Below are positions 1 through 8,312 of a stretch of 64,000 bases of DNA, piece after piece. The DNA comes from Armatimonadota bacterium. Its GTDB lineage: Bacteria > Armatimonadota > Zipacnadia > Zipacnadales > Zipacnadaceae. Both the position numbers and the translations under genes were made by a program. A model generated the notes under the pieces. It saw only the letters and a list, made by a program, of their open reading frames with translations, did no database searches and was not told the DNA's origin. The stretch spans positions 12,677-76,676 of the forward strand of contig DASXVN010000030.1 of assembly GCA_036504235.1 (NCBI GenBank). Direction: 5' to 3'. The stretch's first letter is position 1; the number at the start of each line of letters is the position of its first letter.

Positions 1-2
1 TG

Positions 3-1451
3 ATGGCGCGTTTCCTCAGCTACACCGACGCGCGCTGGGACTTCCACCCCGAGGGTTGGCACGAGGTCTCCACCTGTATCACCCTCGGCGGCTGCGACGC
101 GGCGGGTGCGCCGCTGGGCAACGAAGTCACCCGCCTGGTGCTCGAGTCCTACCTGGAGTTTCCCCTGGTCAACCCCAAGCTCAACGCCCGCGTGACCGCC
201 GGCAGCCCCGACTGGTACCTGGAACTGCTGGGCCGGATCATGCTCAGCGGGCGCAACGTGCTGGCCACTTTCAACGACGACGTGATCATCCCCGCTCAAG
301 TAGCCGAGGGCAAAGCGGTCGCCGACGCCCGGCTGTACGTCTCCGGCGGCTGCCAGGAGTTGGTGCTGTCCGGCCGGGAGTGCAGCGACCGCGCCGGGGG
401 CGGCCTGTGGCTGCGCACCATGCCCAAGTTGCTGCTGCTGGCGCTGGGCGGCGTGACCGGCGTGCCGCTGGTGGAGCGTCAGGAGGAGCTGCTCGCGGAC
501 TTGGGGCTGAGCTTCACCGGCGCGGAGGGCGCGGATTTTGAGTCGCTCTACGGGGCCTTCCGGACCACCGTGCGGACGCTGCTGGAGCGCCTGGCGACGG
601 TGGCGGCGGAGGGGGCCCGGCTGGCCTCCGTGGCCAACCCCTGCCCGCTGGTCTCCGGCGCGATCTACGATTGCGTTGCACGGGCCGAGGATTTCTACGC
701 CGGCGGGGCGCGCTACAATGGCCTGACGGTCAGCTACGCCTCGGTCGGCACGCTGTATGACGCGCTGTTCGCCGTGCGCCGGGCAGTGTATGAGGAGCAG
801 CGGCTGACGCTGGCGGAACTGGCGGGGGCGCTGGGGGCGGACTTTGCGGGGGCGGCGGAGCTGGAGAGCTACCTGCGGGCGCTGCCCAAGTACGGCCACG
901 GCCGGGCGGAGCCGGATGCCCTGGCCGAGCGGGTCGCGCAAGACCTGCTGGCGGCGGCCGCGAACCTGCCGCAGGGCCGCGGCGGGCGCACCGAGCCTGC
1001 TTTCTTCACCTACTGGTGTTTCGCCGACGCCGGACGGGCCACCGGCGCCACGCCCGACGGCCGCCGCGCGGGGCAGTACCTGTCACAGGGCTGCGGGGCC
1101 TCCCGCCTCCGCGCGGTGGAGTCCCCCACCGACGCCATCCGCTCGCTGGAGAGCCTGCATCTGGACCGCTGCTCGGGCGGCGCGATCCTGGACGTGACCT
1201 TGCCCCTGACCCTCGCCGCCGGCAGTTCGCCGGCCTGGGCCGCCGGGCTTATTCGCGGCTTTCAGGCCCACCGGGGCTCCATTTTGCAGGTTAGCGTGCT
1301 GGACCCGGGCCTCCTGCGCGAGGCGCAGGCCGACCCGGCGAGTCACCCCGGCTTGCAGGTGCGCGTCGCCGGCTATACGGCGCTGTTCACGTCCCTGCGC
1401 CGCGACGTGCAGGACGAGATCATCGACCGCGCCTCCGCCGCGGGCGCCTAG
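3..1451 (+). CDS. Glycyl radical enzyme (pyruvate formate-lyase-like), C-terminal ~480 aa; 5' end truncated by the window edge
   Basis: Catalytic Cys loop 'VSGGCQELV' and C-terminal glycyl-radical motif 'QVRVAGYTALF'. It aligns to the C-terminal two-thirds of the paralogue at 6080..8203. The ATG at position 3 is not the true start. Confidence 0.85.
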   Translation: MARFLSYTDARWDFHPEGWHEVSTCITLGGCDAAGAPLGNEVTRLVLESYLEFPLVNPKLNARVTAGSPDWYLELLGRIMLSGRNVLATFNDDVIIPAQVAEGKAVADARLYVSGGCQELVLSGRECSDRAGGGLWLRTMPKLLLLALGGVTGVPLVERQEELLADLGLSFTGAEGADFESLYGAFRTTVRTLLERLATVAAEGARLASVANPCPLVSGAIYDCVARAEDFYAGGARYNGLTVSYASVGTLYDALFAVRRAVYEEQRLTLAELAGALGADFAGAAELESYLRALPKYGHGRAEPDALAERVAQDLLAAAANLPQGRGGRTEPAFFTYWCFADAGRATGATPDGRRAGQYLSQGCGASRLRAVESPTDAIRSLESLHLDRCSGGAILDVTLPLTLAAGSSPAWAAGLIRGFQAHRGSILQVSVLDPGLLREAQADPASHPGLQVRVAGYTALFTSLRRDVQDEIIDRASAAGA

Positions 1452-1771
1452 CGGAAGCACACGGGCAGCCCGGTGCCCTCCACGTTCCAGTGGTTGCGCA
1501 GGCACTCGCAGCAGACCCCGTGGTTGCCGCAGGCCTCGGCGGTGCAGGTGCACATCTCCAGGTTGATCTCCCGGCGCGGGCAGGACTCCGCCGCGCCGTG
1601 CAGGCTCAGCGTTTCCTCCGAGCGCGGGCCGCGCAGGCACATGGTCAGCGAGTCGCCGGAGCGGTGGGCCTCCATACACAGGCAGCAGGTCCCCCGGTTA
1701 CCGCATTCCCCATTGCCGCAGGTGCACATTTGCACGTTGATCTCGTAGTTGGGACACTTACCCTCGGCCAT
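1448..1771 (-). CDS. Small Cys-rich protein made of two tandem copies of a ~45-aa Cys/His module (resembles the DUF6485-type C-x-C...G-x-CC-x-C...H...C pattern)
   Basis: Repeat 1 is 'CPNYEINVQMCTCGNGECGNRGTCCLCMEAHRSGDSLTMC'. Repeat 2 is 'CPRREINLEMCTCTAEACGNHGVCCECLRNHWNVEGTGLPVC'. The stop codon overlaps the stop of the convergent glycyl radical enzyme gene (4-nt overlap, 1448..1451). Confidence 0.7.
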   Translation of the reverse strand: MAEGKCPNYEINVQMCTCGNGECGNRGTCCLCMEAHRSGDSLTMCLRGPRSEETLSLHGAAESCPRREINLEMCTCTAEACGNHGVCCECLRNHWNVEGTGLPVCFR

Positions 1772-1814
1772 CGTGATTCCTCCGTAGTAATTTTCTTAGT
1801 TCGGGTGTGGCAGT

Positions 1815-1972
1815 GTAGGGGCGGAAGTTGCGGGTCCGCCCGCAATCTCCGCCCGCGCCAACCAATAACCAGCCTATCATCAACGCCAAACGGGAGGCGA
1901 ACGCCTGCGGCCTGAAGGTCAGCGGTAGCCGCGGGCGGAGATTCGGCGCTGACGCCGAACTTCCGCCCCTAC
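1815..1972. repeat. 158-bp MITE-like element bounded by 43-nt imperfect terminal inverted repeats
   Basis: Left arm 1815..1857 is 'gtaggggcggaagtt...aatctccgcccgcg'. The reverse complement of right arm 1930..1972 matches it in two perfect blocks (15 nt and 14 nt; 36/43 overall). It lies in the gap between two minus-strand genes. Confidence 0.6.
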
Positions 1973-1995
1973 GTGAAACGGCGGTCCCGTCCGGG

Positions 1996-4605
1996 CTAGC
2001 CGCTGATCAGCAGCGACTGCCCTTCCTTCAGCGTGACGCCGGGCGCGAAGCTGCACACCAGTCGGCCCGCCTCCGCCTGCACCGAGCAGGCCACCGGCGC
2101 GGCGCCGACCAGGGCTTGCAGCGTCCCGGCCGCTCCCGGCAGGGCCAGGCTCTGCAGCGTCTGCTCGCCCCACTCCACGGACAGCGTGGCCTGCAGGCCG
2201 CCCGCGCCGGCGCGGAGCTGGAAGCTCCCCCAGGCGGTGGGCGTGGACCAGAAGCAGCGGAAGTCCTCGGCGTTCACGCGCGGGGCGAAGGACATGGCCC
2301 CCGACGGCGCGGACCAGTGGAAGCCGGACAGCGCTAGAATCGGCCCCCAGGCGGCCATGGCCCGGGCGTAGTGGTGACCGCATTCCGGCTCGTCCCAGGG
2401 GTTGCGGCGCGCGCCATCGTGGCGGGCGCGGGCGGTCTCGACGATGCGCAGGCCCTCCTCGACCAGCCCCTCGTAGATCAGCGAAGTGGCGGCGATGTAC
2501 TCGATGCCGGTCCACACCTCATCCGCGTAGGGCGTGGGGATGGCCGGGCGGCCGCCTCGCGGCCAACTGCAGATCAGCAGGCCGCCCTCGTCGTTCAGCG
2601 CGTAGGTGCGCATGGCGCTAACGTGGGCGCGCAGATCGTGCTTGTAGTTGTAGCGGTAGATGGCCCGCATGGCCTCCTGCACGTGCGCCGGGTCCAGCAG
2701 GTAGCCCAGGTCAGACACGGAGGCCATGTACTGCGCCAGCAACTGGTCGCTGAGGCAGCCGGGGCCGAGCTGGTAGAGCGGGTCGGCGCCCACGGCGGCG
2801 CCCATGCCGATGGTGAGGCCCTCCGCCACCGGCTTGCCGGCCTGCGAGCGGACCTCCTGGATGTAGAACTCCCCGTTGAACAGGTGCTCGTCCCACCAGC
2901 GGCTGCCGCGCTCGAAGAGTTCCTGGTAGGTCGTGGCGGTGGTCTCGTCGCCCAGGGCGTGGGCCATCTCGGCGGCGGCGCGCAGCGCGCCCAGGTACCA
3001 GAAACCGGTCTGCGGAGTGGGGCCGTGATACTCCACGTCGTAGGTGTTGTGCTGGATGCCCTCCATCACCCCATCGCGGTCGGCGTCCCAGCCGCCTTCC
3101 ACCCAGGCGAACTCCACCGCGGCCTTCACGTGCGGCCAGAGCTGGCGCAGCCAGTCGTCGTCGCCGTTGAGCTGCCAGTCGCGGTACAATCGCATGACCG
3201 AGCCCATCTGCCCATCGGCGGCGGCGCGGCCGTTGCGGGGGCTGCCCAGGGGCAACTCGGTGCGGAAGCTCATCAGCCCGTTCTCGGCGGTGTCGTTAAG
3301 GAACTCGGTGTTGCGCAGCGAGCGGCTCAGACTGGGGTACATGAAAGCGGTGGTCTGCTCATAGTTCCATACGTGCGTGCAGGTGCCGTGGCAGCAGCCG
3401 CTGTTGTCGCCGCAGCCCTCAAAGCCGTGGAACTCGCCGTCGGCGGTGCGCATGCAGGTCTGGGTGCGCAGGGTGGAGACGTTGGCCATGGCTGCGTCCA
3501 GCACGTAGTCAGGCAGCGTGCTGTCCAACATGGAGCGGACATAGCGCACCGATTTCTCCTCCAGGTCCGGCAGGTTGCGGATCGCGTACTCGGCGGCGGA
3601 CCAAGCGTCGCCAAAGCGAGTGCTGTAGTGATTGCCGATGATGGTCTCACTCGCGCCCCAGCCGGAGCCCTTGACGGTGCGGTTGGGGAAGTGCCAGGCC
3701 AGCACCACCGGCATCTCCACGCTCTCCCCCGGCTCCAGCGAGGCGGACATCGCCAGGGCGCAGGAGGTGGTGGCCTGATCCTCGGTCGGCGCCACCGGGT
3801 ACTGGTCCTGTAGCCGGCCATCCTGCAGATCCTCCCAGTAGGTCAGGAACTGGTCCCACGCCCAGTGCTGGTCGGGAAGCGTCCAACTGGTCCGGTAGCT
3901 GCAGTCCTGCCAGGTGGTGGCCAGCGCCAGGCTGCCGTACTGGATAGCGTCGGGGGCATAGCGGCTGGAGGTCAGCCGCAGTCCGCGGAGGTCCTCGCCC
4001 GGCACCCATTCGTTAAGGTTCTGCCCGTACTGGTGCCCGCGGTAATTCCCGGCGACGTCGCTGCCCCCGAGGCCAATGGCGTTGAACAGCGCCCAGGACA
4101 GCGTGGTCTGCACCGGCCGGGGGGCCAGGTTGCGGATCCGGTAGCGCAGAATGGCCACGGGCAGGCCGGAGTCCTCCGCGTCCAGGGGGATTAGCGGATT
4201 GAAGGCGGTCAGGGACAGCTCCACCGGCAGCGCCGGGTCGCTCATATCCAGGCGGGCGAAGGGATAGGCGCCGGTGAAGACGCCGCGCTCCAGCCGGGGC
4301 AGGCCGGTCCCGCCGGAGGGGGAGAGGCCAAAGCCCGCCGAGTAGGGCGGCTGCAGTTGCGCCTCGGCCAGGCGCAGGACCGGCTCGCGCCCTTCCTCGC
4401 AGGCCCAGATGGCCGCGCCGCTATTGGGCAGCAGCATGCCCTTGGAGGGACGGTTGAAGATCTCCCAGTCGCGGAAGTCGCCGTAGCCGCCCAGCGAGAC
4501 GGTGCCGGTGCCGATGCCGCCCAGCGGGAAGGCGATCTCGTGGAGTTGCGGCCCGGAAAAGCGCCGCGCTTTGCCGCTATCGAAAAGGTCCTGCAGTGAA
4601 CTCAT
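1996..4605 (-). CDS. Glycoside hydrolase family 116 (GBA2-type beta-glucosidase/glucosylceramidase-like)
   Basis: N-terminal 'FPLGGIGTGTVSLGGYGDFRDWEIFNRP' signature and an ~870-aa length. The start was moved to the ATG at 4605 (MSSLQDLF), which has a GGAG-type RBS upstream. The ORF-track extension to 4875 overlaps the divergent gene. Confidence 0.8.
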   Translation of the reverse strand: MSSLQDLFDSGKARRFSGPQLHEIAFPLGGIGTGTVSLGGYGDFRDWEIFNRPSKGMLLPNSGAAIWACEEGREPVLRLAEAQLQPPYSAGFGLSPSGGTGLPRLERGVFTGAYPFARLDMSDPALPVELSLTAFNPLIPLDAEDSGLPVAILRYRIRNLAPRPVQTTLSWALFNAIGLGGSDVAGNYRGHQYGQNLNEWVPGEDLRGLRLTSSRYAPDAIQYGSLALATTWQDCSYRTSWTLPDQHWAWDQFLTYWEDLQDGRLQDQYPVAPTEDQATTSCALAMSASLEPGESVEMPVVLAWHFPNRTVKGSGWGASETIIGNHYSTRFGDAWSAAEYAIRNLPDLEEKSVRYVRSMLDSTLPDYVLDAAMANVSTLRTQTCMRTADGEFHGFEGCGDNSGCCHGTCTHVWNYEQTTAFMYPSLSRSLRNTEFLNDTAENGLMSFRTELPLGSPRNGRAAADGQMGSVMRLYRDWQLNGDDDWLRQLWPHVKAAVEFAWVEGGWDADRDGVMEGIQHNTYDVEYHGPTPQTGFWYLGALRAAAEMAHALGDETTATTYQELFERGSRWWDEHLFNGEFYIQEVRSQAGKPVAEGLTIGMGAAVGADPLYQLGPGCLSDQLLAQYMASVSDLGYLLDPAHVQEAMRAIYRYNYKHDLRAHVSAMRTYALNDEGGLLICSWPRGGRPAIPTPYADEVWTGIEYIAATSLIYEGLVEEGLRIVETARARHDGARRNPWDEPECGHHYARAMAAWGPILALSGFHWSAPSGAMSFAPRVNAEDFRCFWSTPTAWGSFQLRAGAGGLQATLSVEWGEQTLQSLALPGAAGTLQALVGAAPVACSVQAEAGRLVCSFAPGVTLKEGQSLLISG

Positions 4606-4768
4606 GGGGGTCACTCCTGGGGAAGACTGTAATCTCCGGGACGCGGGCTCGCCGGTGAGGAGCAATTCGCTGTCGGGTCCGGTCTGCCCTCCTGCGCGTC
4701 CCGGAGGATTTGCCGGCCCGGTGGCGAATCGGCCCTCATCATTTCGGTCACCAAGGAGAGATACCCCG

Positions 4769-5845
4769 ATGACTTCACGCGAACGCGTGCAGATGCTGCT
4801 CCGCCGCGAACTGCCGGACCATATGGGCCTGTACGAGCACATGTGGCCGGAGACGATTCCCCAGTGCTGGGTCAACGAGGGCTACCCCGAGGGGCAGCCG
4901 CCGGAGGAGGTCTTTGACTACGACCTGCGCGGCGCGGGGGGCTGGCTGGACAGCACGCCCTTCCCGGGCGTCAATGAGCTGGTCGAGGAGACCGACGAGT
5001 GGCGGGTCAGCCGCGATGGCCGGGGCGCCACGCTCAAGCACTGGAAGAACAAGTCCGGCACCCCTCAGCATATCGGCTTTACCGTCACCGATCCCCAGAA
5101 GTGGCAGGAATACAAAGAGCCGCTGCTGGCCACCAGCCGGGACCGGCTGGGGATTGACACGGCCCGCGCCGACCTGGAGAAGGTCCGCGCGGCCGGCAAG
5201 TTCGCTTTCTTTGGCAACCTGATCTTCATCGAGCTACTGCGGGGGATGCTCGGCGACCTGGTCTGGCTCCCGTCGCTGCTCACTGAGAAGGCCTGGATCC
5301 ACGACATCAACCGCACCTTCCTCGACTTCTTCAAGCGCCACTACGCGCTGCTCTTTGCTGAAGTCGGGGTCCCGGACGGCATGTTCATGTATGACGATAT
5401 GGCCTTCAGCAACGGCCCCTTCGCCTCGCCCGCGACCATGCGTGAGCTGTTCCTGCCCTATTGGCGCGAGCTGAACGGCTTCTTCCACGACTACGGCCTG
5501 CCGGTTATTCTGCATTCCTGCGGCGACGTGCGCCAGCTTATGCCGATCATCGTGGAGGCGGAGTTCGACTGCCTGCAACCGATGGAGGCCAAGGCGGGGA
5601 ACAACGTGGTGGAGTTCGCGAAAGAGTACGGCGACAAGCTGGCTTTCATGGGCAATATTGACGTGACGGTGCTCAACACCAACGACCGCGCCAAGGTCCG
5701 CGCCGAGATCGAGGGCAAGCTAACCGCGCTCAAGCAGCTCCGCGCGGCCTACTTCTTCCACTCCGACCACTCCATCCCGCCCGACGTGCGCTACGAAACG
5801 TACCAGTACGCGCTGGAGGTCTATCGGGAGTTGCGGGAGTACTAG
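4769..5845 (+). CDS. Uroporphyrinogen decarboxylase (URO-D) family protein, paralogue 1
   Basis: The N-terminus 'MTSRERVQMLL' parallels the paralogue at 31062..32102. AGGAGA RBS lies before the ATG at 4769. The C-terminal '...HSDHSIPPDV' region is typical of URO-D/MtaA-like TIM barrels. Confidence 0.75.
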   Translation: MTSRERVQMLLRRELPDHMGLYEHMWPETIPQCWVNEGYPEGQPPEEVFDYDLRGAGGWLDSTPFPGVNELVEETDEWRVSRDGRGATLKHWKNKSGTPQHIGFTVTDPQKWQEYKEPLLATSRDRLGIDTARADLEKVRAAGKFAFFGNLIFIELLRGMLGDLVWLPSLLTEKAWIHDINRTFLDFFKRHYALLFAEVGVPDGMFMYDDMAFSNGPFASPATMRELFLPYWRELNGFFHDYGLPVILHSCGDVRQLMPIIVEAEFDCLQPMEAKAGNNVVEFAKEYGDKLAFMGNIDVTVLNTNDRAKVRAEIEGKLTALKQLRAAYFFHSDHSIPPDVRYETYQYALEVYRELREY

Positions 5846-5930
5846 GGAGAAAGGGCTTGCTGATGTAAGGCAGGGACTACGCAGGATGTCCTGAGCCTGT
5901 CGAAGGGTCCCCCGCCGGCCGTTTGCCTGG

Positions 5931-6073
5931 CCCACCCCGCCCTCGGCGACTCGGGCACCCCTCCCGGTGCGGGAGGGGCTTGGGAGACATTAACGGCGGG
6001 GCTTGGCTAAGGGATTCCCCCGGCCCCTCCCATTATGGGAGGGGTGCCCGAGGTCTTCCGAGGGCGGGGTGGG
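5931..6073. repeat. Nested palindromic intergenic element; probable bidirectional terminator or REP-like structure between convergent genes
   Basis: A perfect 16-bp outer stem (5931..5946 'cccaccccgccctcgg' with 6058..6073 'ccgagggcggggtggg') encloses two similar hairpins: CCCCTCCCG-gtg-CGGGAGGGG (5958..5978) and CCCCTCCCA-tta-TGGGAGGGG (6024..6044). Confidence 0.6.
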
Positions 6074-6079
6074 CCGCCT

Positions 6080-8203
6080 CTACCCGTGCTCCACGCGCTC
6101 CAGAATGGCCCGCCTCACGTCGGTGTCCAGGCGGCTCCAGTACTCGGAGTAGCCGCCCACGCGGATGATGAGGTCGCCGTACTTCTCCGGTTCGGCCATT
6201 GCCGCCTGCAGTACCGCCTGGTCCACCACGGTCATCTGGAGCTGCATGCCGCCCAGCTCGAAGTAGGTCAGCAGCAGGTCGCGGAGCTTGCGGCGCTGCT
6301 CGCCGCGGAAGAACTGGGGCGCGAGGCGGATGTTGACGACCAGCGTGCCGGGGGCCAACTCGTGCGGGATCTTGGCCACCGACCGGAGCAGCGCGGTGGG
6401 GCCGGAGACGTCGCGGCCCTGCATGGCCCCCGCCGAGTCGGCAATGGGCTGCCCCGCGTGCCGCCCGTCCGGCGTGGCACCCACCGGCTTGCCGAACTGG
6501 GCGTAGGTGACGAACATCAGGCAGGCGGGCAGATAGCGCCCGCCCCGCCACGGGGTGTAGCGCCGCAGTTCCTCGAAGACGTAGGTAGACAGCTCCCGCA
6601 TGATCTCGTCCACGTAGGGGTCATCGTTGCCGAAGTGGGGCGCGAGCGCCAGCCGCCGCCGGAGCGTCTCGTCCCCGGCGAAATCCGCCGCCAGCGCAGT
6701 AAGCAGCTCCTCGCGCGTGGCTCCGCCCTGCTCGTAGACGACCTGCCGCAGCGCCGCCAGGGAGTCCGCGACGTTGGCGAGGCCCATGACGTTGACGACG
6801 CACCAGTTGTAGCGTGCCCCACCGGCGTTGTACTCGCGTCCCTTCTCGATACAGTCGTCGATCAGCAGCGTCCGCATCGGCTGCGGCTGCCACCGCGCCT
6901 TGCTCTCCTGGTTCCGGTTCCAGGCCTCCACCGACTGCCGAATGTACACCGCGAAATCCTCCCGCAGCCCCGCCCAGAACTCCTCGTAGGTGGCGCAGTC
7001 GGCCAGCCGCCGGTGCAGGCTCGCCACCAGCACTTCCGGTAGATTCAGGTCGCCCTCCAGCGAGCCGACGTTGCTCTTGCCGTGGATCATCAACTCGGTG
7101 CAGCCGCCGAAGGCGTACTGCGCCAGGTCCTCTTCCGACACGCCCAACTCGGCGGCGCGGATCGCGCGCAGGTAGGCCTGCTCGTTGTACAGCGCCGGCA
7201 GGCCGCCCCCGCTGGCCAGGCAGTCGAAGGTCGCCTCCCAGACTTCCTCGGGCATCTCCGGGGGAATCCGCAACGCCAGGTTGGGCCGGCGCCGGCCGGT
7301 GGCAGCCTCAAGGCACAGCCGCGTCAGCTCGTTGACGGCCGTCGTGCCGTCCGCGCGCAGCCCGCCCACCGCGACGTTCCAGCCGGTGGCGCGGTCCAGC
7401 TTGCCCCACAGCTCGCCAATCCACTCCCGCGCCTCCTCCGGCGTGATCTCCCCGGCGGTCCGCGACGCCTCGTAGAAAGGCAGCATGAACTGGTCAAAGC
7501 GCCCCAGATTGTCGGTGCCGTCGAGGTGCAGTATGAAATTCATACAAATCATCGCCTCGGCGAAGCTGCGCACCGGGGCAGAAGGCACCTGCCCAAAGGC
7601 CGCCAGGAGCTGTCGGCGGCGGGACTCGCCCTCCCCGGTGGGCTGCGGGGACTCCTCCAGGACCGCTACGACCCGGGCGTGGTAGGCGGAGATGCCTTCC
7701 AGCAGGGCTAGCAGGCAGGTGTACAACTCCGTCCTCGCCGGGTCGGCGGCTGCCTCCATCCGCTCCCGGTAGGCGTCCAGGCCCTCGGCGAGCAGGCGGT
7801 CATAGTGGGGGATGCTGTGCGTGTAGCCGCCCACGCGGGGATAATCCTGCAGCGCCGTGGCGAGCGCCTCCAGAGCGGCCGCCTGCTCGGCGGTAGGCGC
7901 GGCGGCGGCCTTCTCGCGGATCCGAGGCACGTCGTAGCCCAGGCAGTTGGAGTAGTGCCAGCCGGTCGTGTCCTGCTCCGCGTAGAGATTGTCGCCGGTG
8001 CCCTCCGGCCCCACCGGGTACAGCCGGGTGCCGCGATAGGGGGACAGCTCCACGTGGCGCAGGTAGTGGACCAAGCCGTTGGTCATGCGGGCCAGGGGGG
8101 AGGCGGCGGGCAGTTCCATCCACCCAGCCGCGAAGTGCTCACCGGTCTCGTGGAGGGCCGCGGCGGTTTCGAGGGGAGTCAAGCACAAGGTTGACGCAGA
8201 CAT
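6080..8203 (-). CDS. Glycyl radical enzyme (pyruvate formate-lyase family protein), full length
   Basis: Cys loop 'AFGGCTELMIHG' and glycyl-radical motif 'IIRVGGYSEYWSRL' close to the C-terminus. The ATG at 8203 is preceded by GGGAGG; the TTG at 8218 is less likely. Confidence 0.85.
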   Translation of the reverse strand: MSASTLCLTPLETAAALHETGEHFAAGWMELPAASPLARMTNGLVHYLRHVELSPYRGTRLYPVGPEGTGDNLYAEQDTTGWHYSNCLGYDVPRIREKAAAAPTAEQAAALEALATALQDYPRVGGYTHSIPHYDRLLAEGLDAYRERMEAAADPARTELYTCLLALLEGISAYHARVVAVLEESPQPTGEGESRRRQLLAAFGQVPSAPVRSFAEAMICMNFILHLDGTDNLGRFDQFMLPFYEASRTAGEITPEEAREWIGELWGKLDRATGWNVAVGGLRADGTTAVNELTRLCLEAATGRRRPNLALRIPPEMPEEVWEATFDCLASGGGLPALYNEQAYLRAIRAAELGVSEEDLAQYAFGGCTELMIHGKSNVGSLEGDLNLPEVLVASLHRRLADCATYEEFWAGLREDFAVYIRQSVEAWNRNQESKARWQPQPMRTLLIDDCIEKGREYNAGGARYNWCVVNVMGLANVADSLAALRQVVYEQGGATREELLTALAADFAGDETLRRRLALAPHFGNDDPYVDEIMRELSTYVFEELRRYTPWRGGRYLPACLMFVTYAQFGKPVGATPDGRHAGQPIADSAGAMQGRDVSGPTALLRSVAKIPHELAPGTLVVNIRLAPQFFRGEQRRKLRDLLLTYFELGGMQLQMTVVDQAVLQAAMAEPEKYGDLIIRVGGYSEYWSRLDTDVRRAILERVEHG

Positions 8204-8312
8204 GGAGGCCTCCCGCAACGAGCTAGCATACGTGCGGTGGTTTACACGGCGGGAAAGCGTATGTCAAGAGGCGGCGCTAGGGACGAAAGGTGGGCGCCAT
8301 CAGCGCGCCCCC

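Noticed and set aside
2371-3813. 480-aa plus-strand ORF inside the GH116 gene
   Set aside because: It is antisense to a gene with clear family motifs. The translation is Ala/Gly/Val/Arg-rich low complexity with no motif or RBS. This is the typical long spurious ORF of high-GC DNA.
4606-4875. N-terminal extensions given by the ORF track, for example for the GH116 gene, and likewise for 4502.., 8313..9758, 12739..13740, 23092.., 32165.., 46371.. and 56927..57739
   Set aside because: The extensions lack an RBS. They overlap divergent genes or palindromic repeats and precede internal ATGs that have good Shine-Dalgarno sequences and family-typical N-termini.
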